Source of the DNA: Patescibacteria group bacterium
Lineage (GTDB): Bacteria > Patescibacteriota > Microgenomatia > Levybacterales > UBA12049
Direction: 5' to 3'
Assembly: GCA_036381535.1 (NCBI GenBank)
Contig: DASVCQ010000150.1
Location: forward strand, 1-34,382
DNA: 34,382 bases
The translations under genes were made by a program, and so were the position numbers. A model generated the notes under the pieces. The model had not been told where the DNA came from. It saw nothing but the letters and a program-made list of their open reading frames with translations, and ran no database searches. This document shows, piece by piece, positions 25,713 to 31,840 of the stretch (positions within the stretch are counted from its first letter, which is position 1; each line of letters opens with the position of its first letter).

Positions 25713-26261
25713 ATGAGAAAAAGAGTATTTGGAAGAAAATTTAAGAGAGATGCAAATGAGAGAAAGGCCTTACTAAAAGGTCTTATGAATGATTTGGTTT
25801 TGAAAGAATCCATCAAAACGACTGAAGAAAAAGCAAAAGCTATAAAAGGACAAATAGAAAAGCTTGTTACTAAAGCAAAATTAAAAGGAGAAAAGTCAAT
25901 GCCACTTCTTCAACCTTATCTTAGTCCAAAAGCTGTCGAAAAAGTTCTTAAAGACCTTTCTGTAAGATTTGCAAAAAGAGCAGGCGGATATACAAGAGTA
26001 GTAAAATTAGGTGTAAGATTTGGTGATAATGCCTCAATGGCAATTATAGAATGGGTTGAAAAGGAAGCAGTAGTTGTTAAAGAAGCACCAAAAAAGAACA
26101 CTGCTGAGAATACAGAGAAAGTATCCCCCAAGGGGACTAGCTTCAAAGAAGCGGCGGAATCAACTGTAGCAGTTGAAAAAGAAACAAAAAAAACAGTCAA
26201 AAAGTCAGAAAAAAAGACATCTACCAAAACAGAAAAAAAGAGTACAAAGACAAAAAAATAA
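25713..26261 (+). CDS. rplQ: 50S ribosomal protein L17 with a Lys/Thr-rich C-terminal extension
   Basis: MRKRVFGRKFKRDANERKALL...GGYTRV. Start at ATG 25713. Confidence 0.93.
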   Translation: MRKRVFGRKFKRDANERKALLKGLMNDLVLKESIKTTEEKAKAIKGQIEKLVTKAKLKGEKSMPLLQPYLSPKAVEKVLKDLSVRFAKRAGGYTRVVKLGVRFGDNASMAIIEWVEKEAVVVKEAPKKNTAENTEKVSPKGTSFKEAAESTVAVEKETKKTVKKSEKKTSTKTEKKSTKTKK

Positions 26262-26264
26262 ATC

Positions 26265-26699
26265 ATGAATAAAATAACCAAACCAACATCAACAAAAGAT
26301 ATAGTAAGAGCATGGCACTTAGTTGACGTGAATGGTAAAGTATTGGGTCGTGAAGCAGTAGCTATAGCTCACAAATTAATGGGTAAAGGCAAACCATATT
26401 TTGCCAATAATATGGATTGTGGAGATTATGTTGTGGTAATTAATGCTAAAAATGTAAAAGTTACAGGTAAAAAGGCAACAGATAAGGTATATTATAGACA
26501 TTCAATGTATCCAGGAGGATTTAGATCTGAAACCTTTAAAGAGGTAATGATTAAGAATCCTTCAGAAATTATTGTACATGCAGTAAAAGGAATGTTGCCA
26601 CACAACAAATTGTCAGCTAAAATGCTAAAGAGACTTTTTGTTTTTGTAGGAGCAGAACACAAGTATACAGATAAATTTGGGAAAGGAGAAACAAAGTAA
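26265..26699 (+). CDS. rplM: 50S ribosomal protein L13
   Basis: WHLVDVNGKVLGR...GDYVVVINA...KGMLP. Confidence 0.95.
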   Translation: MNKITKPTSTKDIVRAWHLVDVNGKVLGREAVAIAHKLMGKGKPYFANNMDCGDYVVVINAKNVKVTGKKATDKVYYRHSMYPGGFRSETFKEVMIKNPSEIIVHAVKGMLPHNKLSAKMLKRLFVFVGAEHKYTDKFGKGETK

Positions 26700-26737
26700 A
26701 TATTAATTAAGAATTAGTATTTACAAATTTTTAGAAT

Positions 26738-27190
26738 ATGGCTAACAAAACACAGAAAAGAGATTATATTTATGCAATAGGAAGAAGACGAGAGGCAACA
26801 GCTCGCGTTAGATTGTATGCATCTGTTAAAGATGGACAAGCCTGGGGAGAGCATGCAGTCAGTAAAGACCAGATGCTTGTTAACGGAATGCCGGTTGAGC
26901 ATTACTTTTCAGGACCTATTGCAAAAGCAAAATACCAACTTCCTCTTGTATTAACAAATACTTTGGGCAAATATGCTGTTACTGTAAAAGTAGAAGGCGG
27001 CGGAAAGTCCGGACAGCTTGATGCGCTTGTCATGGGGCTTGCAAGAGCTTTATCTTTAGCAGATAAAGAAAAAAATAGACCTGTACTTAAGGCAAAAGGA
27101 CTTCTTAGGATGGATGCAAGAGCAAGACAGAGAAGAATGGTTGGAACAGGCGGAAAAGCAAGAAGAAAGAAACAGTCTCCAAAACGTTAA
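26738..27190 (+). CDS. rpsI: 30S ribosomal protein S9
   Basis: GRRREATARVRL...GGGKSGQLDA...RKKQSPKR. Confidence 0.95.
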   Translation: MANKTQKRDYIYAIGRRREATARVRLYASVKDGQAWGEHAVSKDQMLVNGMPVEHYFSGPIAKAKYQLPLVLTNTLGKYAVTVKVEGGGKSGQLDALVMGLARALSLADKEKNRPVLKAKGLLRMDARARQRRMVGTGGKARRKKQSPKR

Positions 27191-27220
27191 AGGTTTACAA
27201 TAAATTATTCGGGATTAATT

Positions 27221-27244
27221 ATCCGCTGCAGGCGGATTTTTTTT
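27221..27244 (+). terminator. intrinsic terminator after rpsI
   Basis: ATCCGC-tgcag-GCGGAT followed by a T-run. Confidence 0.75.
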
Positions 27245-27298
27245 ATTTTCTTGAGAAGTTAAGCTATGATAGAATATTTAGGTTAAAAGAAGTTTTTT

Positions 27299-27604
27299 TT
27301 ACCTCCTTTCTATAATACACACTTGAGCTTTAAAGGATTTGCCTCCTCTTTGTCTTAAGACAGTCTCTATGTGACTTAATGTCCCTATGCCATCATCAAT
27401 AACTCCACTGACAATATAATTTTCCTGATTTTCTCCGATCAGATGGTGGGTTGTTTGTTCTCTCAAAAGATGAATTACTCGTACATCCTCTGCTCCAAGT
27501 TCTTCCAGTAACACACGCGTACTTCGGCGTTCTTTTCGCTTTCTTTCGATACTGCTTCCTTTAGGGTATGGAATAGTATCTGTAAATAAATTTCCTTCTT
27601 TCAT
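27299..27604 (-). CDS. hypothetical protein (possible degenerate cyclophilin-like C-terminal fragment)
   Basis: 101 aa from ATG 27604, which lies 2 nt after the upstream stop. The pattern THHLIG..NYIVSGVIDDG...IE.V......V.IIE resembles the cyclophilin C-terminal half, but catalytic motifs are missing. Confidence 0.4.
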   Translation of the reverse strand: MKEGNLFTDTIPYPKGSSIERKRKERRSTRVLLEELGAEDVRVIHLLREQTTHHLIGENQENYIVSGVIDDGIGTLSHIETVLRQRGGKSFKAQVCIIERR

Positions 27605-27606
27605 AG

Positions 27607-28629
27607 TTATTTCCAAAGTTGCAAAAATTGTTTTTCATGTTTTTTTACAACTTTAGTATTACCCAGTAGACCGTGTTGTGTCATATCAGGTGAATATTTG
27701 CTTGCAATAACGGTCCGTCCCAATGCTTCGGCCATACTTCTCACATGGTGCGGTCCTGCTCCGCAGCAAATACCGATATAATTAATCCCTATTTCTTCTG
27801 CATTTTTCGCAAATTCTGCCATTTCATCTCGAGTACAAAGGAAAGGATCTAGATTTACGGGGAAGGCGAGAGATCCGTCTTTTTGGCGAAGAAACTGAAA
27901 GGCAGGTTGTTTATTCGTAGTATGATACGGAACAGGTTGGGCTGCTGTATAACAGGATACCGATTTTCTGAGTCTTGTTAGAAGTGGAAGAATTGTCTTT
28001 GGGCCCCGAATACAGTTAAATCCCACTACATCTGCACCTTTTTCTTCCAGCATTTTACATCCCTCTATCCAGTCTATGCCATCCTTACTTTTTTCATAAG
28101 TTGCTCCAAAAGTAACTAGGGCAGGGAGTTTGAATTTTTTGATAACATCTAGAGCAATTAATGCTTCACCAACATATTCAATTGTTTCAGCAATAATAAA
28201 GTCTACACCTGCCTCTTTAGCCCAGCCAACTTGCTCAGTGTACATTGCCCTAACAACTTTTTCTGTTGACTTATCCTTTGGATCGTATGCCCAAGTATTG
28301 CAAATATTTCCTGCAACGAGTGCATCTGTTTCTTTGGCAACTTTTTTTGCAATTTTTAATGCTTGTCTATTCATTGGCTCCAGATCTTTTTCCCGTCCAA
28401 TCACTCTTAATTTTTCCCGATGAGCATAGTAAGTAAATGCAACTATCACTTCTGCACCTGCTCTTAAAAATTCCCTGTGCAATTCTTCCACTGCACTTGG
28501 GTAGTCCAGAACAACTTCAGGTACAAAAGCTCCTGCCTTTAAAAAACCGCGTCTTTCAAGCTCAAATAAATATCCTTCAGCACCTAATACAGTACCTTTT
28601 TTAAGTTTTTCTATAATTGATTGCTTCAT
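27607..28629 (-). CDS. homocysteine S-methyltransferase family protein (betaine-homocysteine methyltransferase-like)
   Basis: 340 aa. The N-terminal GAEGYLFELERRGFLKAG...LHREFLRAGAEV closely parallels BHMT. Zn-ligand cysteines are at GFNC and GICCG. Confidence 0.85.
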   Translation of the reverse strand: MKQSIIEKLKKGTVLGAEGYLFELERRGFLKAGAFVPEVVLDYPSAVEELHREFLRAGAEVIVAFTYYAHREKLRVIGREKDLEPMNRQALKIAKKVAKETDALVAGNICNTWAYDPKDKSTEKVVRAMYTEQVGWAKEAGVDFIIAETIEYVGEALIALDVIKKFKLPALVTFGATYEKSKDGIDWIEGCKMLEEKGADVVGFNCIRGPKTILPLLTRLRKSVSCYTAAQPVPYHTTNKQPAFQFLRQKDGSLAFPVNLDPFLCTRDEMAEFAKNAEEIGINYIGICCGAGPHHVRSMAEALGRTVIASKYSPDMTQHGLLGNTKVVKKHEKQFLQLWK

Positions 28630-28646
28630 ATTTTAAAAATTGCCAC

Positions 28647-28668
28647 AAAAAAACCCCGCTTAGCGGGG
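28647..28668 (-). terminator. intrinsic terminator inside the 5' leader of the BHMT-like gene (attenuator)
   Basis: Minus strand: CCCCGC-uaa-GCGGGG followed by U7, ending 17 nt before ATG 28629. Confidence 0.75.
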
Positions 28669-28707
28669 TAGTTCGTTATAACAAAAAAGCCTACAACGAA
28701 TTCCCCC
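28665..28707 (-). promoter_or_regulatory. candidate antiterminator helix
   Basis: GGGG(g)aaTTCGTT (28707-28695) pairs with AACGAActaCCCC (28677-28665). It shares CCCC with the terminator's 5' arm. Confidence 0.5.
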
Positions 28708-28756
28708 TCAGAGGAGTCATCATCATTGCCATCATTTTTGCACTTAATTTATTCAT
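28691..28756 (-). CDS. putative Met-rich leader peptide MNKLSAKMMAMMMTPLRGNSL (or 14 aa from ATG 28735)
   Basis: In-frame ATG ATG GCA ATG ATG ATG run at 28735-28718. The stop TAG (28693-28691) lies 1 nt past the antiterminator's 5' arm. Confidence 0.55.
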   Translation of the reverse strand: MNKLSAKMMAMMMTPLRGNSL

Positions 28757-28765
28757 GTAAAATGA

Positions 28766-28795
28766 ATTGTAAACAATAGTCCTAACCTTTGTCAA
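28766..28795 (-). promoter_or_regulatory. promoter of the leader/BHMT-like unit
   Basis: Minus strand: TTGACA (28795-28790), 18-nt spacer, TACAAT (28771-28766), then 9 nt to ATG 28756. Confidence 0.55.
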
Positions 28796-28884
28796 GTTTT
28801 CATTTTATGTTGGACACAAATAGAATTAATACTATGTTACATAGTAAAAACTCTATATTTGCCAATTTGATTCATTTTTATCTA

Positions 28885-28912
28885 TTGCCAACTTTACAGA
28901 GTATGTTATAAT
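28885..28912 (+). promoter_or_regulatory. promoter of the SurA-N-like gene, near-leaderless
   Basis: TTGCCA-16-TATAAT with TGt (28904-28906), then 9 nt to ATG 28922. Confidence 0.55.
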
Positions 28913-28921
28913 AGTCAAGTT

Positions 28922-29677
28922 ATGCCACGAAAAAACACAACCCCAAAAGTTAAAAAAACAACAAATAGCCCAAGAGCTGTTAGAGCACCAAAAAAAGCTA
29001 CTGCTAAAAAAACGTCAGCCCGAGTAAAAAAAGAAGTTTTACAACAGACTCAATCATCTAACTTCCAACAAGAATCAATTTCAAAGATTAAAGCAAATAC
29101 CAGAAATCCGAGACTTTGGATTGGTCTTGCAATTGTTATTGTTGCAATACTAGCATTTTCCTTTAAAGGACTTTTTGTTGCTGCAGTTGTTAATGGGCAA
29201 CCAATAAGTAGGCTTTCTGTTGTTGAGCAATTGGAAAAACAAAATGGCAAACAGCAACTTGATAGCATGGTAACTCAAACTTTGATTACGCAGGAAGCAC
29301 AAAAGAGAAAAGTCACAGTTACTCAAAAAGACATTGATACAGACCTCACCCAAATTGATGAAGCACTCAAAAAACAAGGACAAAGTCTAGATACTGCACT
29401 TGCTGCTAGAGGCCTTTCAAAGCAAGATCTAATTGACCAAATAAGACTTCAAAAATTGGTTGAAAAAATGGTGGGAAGTGATGTAAAAGTGACAGATGCT
29501 GATGTACAAAAATATATTGATGATAACAAAGATAATTTACCAACTGATTTATCAGATGATCAATTAAAATCTCAGGTCAAACAACAGCTTGAGCAACAAC
29601 AACTTCAGGATAAGACCCAGGCATTTGTTGCCAATTTGCAGAAAAACGCAAAAGTCTCCTACTTTGTTAGCTACTAA
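28922..29677 (+). CDS. membrane-anchored SurA N-terminal-domain chaperone-like protein (PrsA/SurA-like, no obvious PPIase domain)
   Basis: Basic N-tail and one TM helix (LWIGLAIVIVAILAF), followed by VNGQPISRLSVVEQLEKQNGKQ..., which is typical of SurA_N-type domains. Confidence 0.6.
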   Translation: MPRKNTTPKVKKTTNSPRAVRAPKKATAKKTSARVKKEVLQQTQSSNFQQESISKIKANTRNPRLWIGLAIVIVAILAFSFKGLFVAAVVNGQPISRLSVVEQLEKQNGKQQLDSMVTQTLITQEAQKRKVTVTQKDIDTDLTQIDEALKKQGQSLDTALAARGLSKQDLIDQIRLQKLVEKMVGSDVKVTDADVQKYIDDNKDNLPTDLSDDQLKSQVKQQLEQQQLQDKTQAFVANLQKNAKVSYFVSY

Positions 29678-29718
29678 ATTCAGATAAATAAAATTCTTCA
29701 GTTTAGAGTTTTATTTTT

Positions 29719-30150
29719 TTATTTTTCAGAAGAAATTATTTCCCAAGGTTCGGGGTTGAGGTTGGTGTATTTCCAAGAAGTAGGAGTAAAAATTAAAAAA
29801 GTAAGATTTTGATTGTGCTCGTTGGCCAGAGCATTTGGGAATTTTAAATAATATGCTGCCTTTGCTTCATCCAACTCTTTTTCACTTCTTGGAATATGTA
29901 TATCTCCATCTGCTTGGAAAGTTACCCATTCTTCCTCACTAAAGCCTGTAACAAAGGATGCATTTGTTGATAATCCATCTAAAAGACCTACACATTTTTT
30001 AGATTTTTTTTCAGTAATTATATACACATGAAAAGGATTATCAGAGTGTGCATAATGGACTGTTGAGGCATGAGGAATATTTTGGGGGCTAAGTATACTA
30101 ATGACCCCTACCTTGTGATGTGCTAAAAATTCTTCTACTTTATTATCCAT
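29719..30150 (-). CDS. pyridoxamine 5'-phosphate oxidase-like FMN-binding split-barrel protein
   Basis: 143 aa with an N-terminal pattern FL..HKVGVISIL...PHASTVHY. SD GAGG lies 8 nt upstream, inside the MBL gene end. Confidence 0.5.
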   Translation of the reverse strand: MDNKVEEFLAHHKVGVISILSPQNIPHASTVHYAHSDNPFHVYIITEKKSKKCVGLLDGLSTNASFVTGFSEEEWVTFQADGDIHIPRSEKELDEAKAAYYLKFPNALANEHNQNLTFLIFTPTSWKYTNLNPEPWEIISSEK

Positions 30151-30153
30151 TTT

Positions 30154-30837
30154 TTATACCTCCATTATTTCTCCTGTCTCAACTGCTTTAAAGTCAATTC
30201 CATTTTGTGCAAAATATTCTTTTAGCCTTTGATAAAATGATTTTCTTGCTTCATCTCTCCAGTGCCAATCATGAATAGGAATAATAATTTTTGGTTTGAG
30301 CTCGAGTGCTAGTTCTACAGCTCTTGTCGTACTACCCCACGGGGCCTGGACAGGAAGTGCTAGGATAACGTCATTGCTGACTTGATCCACAACCTCATGA
30401 GATCCTTCACTATGTTCAGGATGACGATTAAGATTGAAAGAATGTGAGTCGCCAGGCGTAACAAATTTTCCAAAAAGGGTTGCCATAACATTTTCAGGAG
30501 CTTTGCCCATCCAAATTTTCTCATGCGGGACTGGCTCTAAAGAAATAAATTCATTTCCCTTTGTGTTAATATTTTCGATATTTTCTTGTTCTAAGAGTTG
30601 TTTGGCATTATTTGTTGTAAAAATAGGAGTGTTAGGAAATTTTTGGATTATTTCTTTTATCCAAGGAATATACATGTGGTCTGGATGTTCGTGGGTAATA
30701 ACAATAGCATCAAGTTGTTTGAGTGTATTTACATCTAAAGCCTTTGCGTCATATGAATAATTTCCTGGATCTATCAAAATTGTTTTATTTTGGTCTTCTA
30801 CCAAAAGACAGGAATGGATATGTTTGGAAATTGTCAT
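30154..30837 (-). CDS. MBL-fold metallo-hydrolase
   Basis: Has the ITHEHPDH (HxHxDH) motif and a later PIHDWH. Confidence 0.8.
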   Translation of the reverse strand: MTISKHIHSCLLVEDQNKTILIDPGNYSYDAKALDVNTLKQLDAIVITHEHPDHMYIPWIKEIIQKFPNTPIFTTNNAKQLLEQENIENINTKGNEFISLEPVPHEKIWMGKAPENVMATLFGKFVTPGDSHSFNLNRHPEHSEGSHEVVDQVSNDVILALPVQAPWGSTTRAVELALELKPKIIIPIHDWHWRDEARKSFYQRLKEYFAQNGIDFKAVETGEIMEV

Positions 30838-30852
30838 ATGGTTAGTATATCA
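30838..30852 (-). promoter_or_regulatory. extended -10 promoter, leaderless-type
   Basis: Minus strand: TGaTATACT-aaccat-ATG(30837). Confidence 0.55.
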
Positions 30853-30878
30853 AAATTTTAGAGAGTTTTTGTGTAAAA

Positions 30879-30893
30879 TGATATAATCATTTT
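30879..30893 (+). promoter_or_regulatory. extended -10 promoter, leaderless-type
   Basis: TGaTATAAT-catttt-ATG(30894). The 17-mer TATAATCATTTTATGAA is identical to 7471-7487. Confidence 0.55.
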
Positions 30894-31244
30894 ATGAAAT
30901 ATAAAATAAAAAAATCAGAAGCTATTACAACCCAAGAAAACGGCATATCTCGTTTTCATGAGTATCAATTTCCTTTTCAAAATGCCTCTTTGGGTGTTTC
31001 AGAAATTAACGGACGCTATCCTGAAAGCGGATTTGATATTGACACCGAGGTTGAGGCAAGTTGGTATGTTGAGGAAGGGAATGCAAATATTTGGATAGGA
31101 GGGAAAATATATCAAGTTGAAAAAGGAGATATGGTATATGTTCCAAAGAATGAAAAATATTGGATAGACGGAAAAAATCTTAAGTTAGTTGTTGCCAGTA
31201 GTCCAGTCTGGCACCCTGATCAACACTCTCATATTGAAGAGTAA
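30894..31244 (+). CDS. cupin-domain protein
   Basis: 116 aa with a beta-barrel pattern: WYVEEGNANIWIGGKIYQVEKGDMVYVPKNEKYW. Confidence 0.6.
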   Translation: MKYKIKKSEAITTQENGISRFHEYQFPFQNASLGVSEINGRYPESGFDIDTEVEASWYVEEGNANIWIGGKIYQVEKGDMVYVPKNEKYWIDGKNLKLVVASSPVWHPDQHSHIEE

Positions 31245-31250
31245 AGTGTG

Positions 31251-31321
31251 TCGGGGATCGGGGAATTGAACCCCAGCCTGACGCACCCCATGCGCCAATT
31301 CTACCGTTAAACTAATCCCCG
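31251..31321 (-). tRNA. tRNA-Pro (anticodon GGG), no encoded CCA
   Basis: Minus strand CGGGGAT-TA-GTTT-AACGGTA-GAAT-T-GGCGC-AT GGG GT-GCGTC-AGGC-TGGGG-TTCAATT-CCCCG-ATCCCCG-A. It folds as a 71-nt cloverleaf with a 7-bp acceptor stem and a TTCAATT T-loop. Confidence 0.85.
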
Positions 31322-31337
31322 GATTGGTCCTTAGCCC

Positions 31338-31715
31338 TTAGTCTTTGGAATCTGGACTTTTTGATTCTTTATTAAGTGATTTTATCAAAGAATGTAGTTC
31401 TTTGCCAACTATCGAACAACATTCCATTTCATTTTCAATTTTAATCCCAAACAATCTTTCTGCAATTTTAAGTCCTGCGACTGTCTCATACAGGGATTTA
31501 AGCGCGATCCTTAAAAATTTCATGAATTCAATATCTCCTTTGCTTCCTGTTCCTTCTGCTATATTTAAAACAATCGAAATGCTAGCTCGTTTGAGTTGAT
31601 CTGTTAATGCAAATTTTTCCTCAAAAGGAAGTTTTTTTGAAAGTTGATAGATCTTTTCTACCAAGTTAAGTGCATTTTGATAGACGCGAAGCTTTTCAAA
31701 TCTATATGTATCCAT
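31338..31715 (-). CDS. four-helix-bundle protein (23S rRNA intervening-sequence protein / Avd-like family)
   Basis: FEKLRVYQNALNLV...LTDQLKRASISIVLNIAEG family signature. Confidence 0.85.
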   Translation of the reverse strand: MDTYRFEKLRVYQNALNLVEKIYQLSKKLPFEEKFALTDQLKRASISIVLNIAEGTGSKGDIEFMKFLRIALKSLYETVAGLKIAERLFGIKIENEMECCSIVGKELHSLIKSLNKESKSPDSKD

Positions 31716-31840
31716 TTTTATTGGGAATAAAGACTAAAGACAAGAGACTTACGACTACATAAGATATATTTTCGTAAATAATTTGAGATAGTTTGTTCTA
31801 TTGTATTTTATCACACAGTTGGTAATATAGGTATATCTTT

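Noticed and set aside
27251-27275. Plus-strand promoter-like TGaTAGAAT after the rpsI terminator, pointing antisense into the 27299 ORF
   Set aside because: There is no plus-strand ORF or structured RNA downstream that I can see. The -35 spacing is wrong, and -10-like hexamers are frequent in AT-rich spacers.
28630-28760. SAM (S-box) or other Met-related riboswitch in the BHMT-like gene leader
   Set aside because: I could not find the S-box core (AUCAAGAG...GGGA...GCAACC) or an obvious SAM-II/V pseudoknot signature. The in-frame AUG run and the stop-codon placement fit leader-peptide attenuation better. A cmscan is still needed.
31338-31715. Diversity-generating retroelement implied by the Avd-like four-helix-bundle gene
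   Set aside because: No reverse transcriptase ORF and no template/variable repeat pair is visible anywhere in the window.
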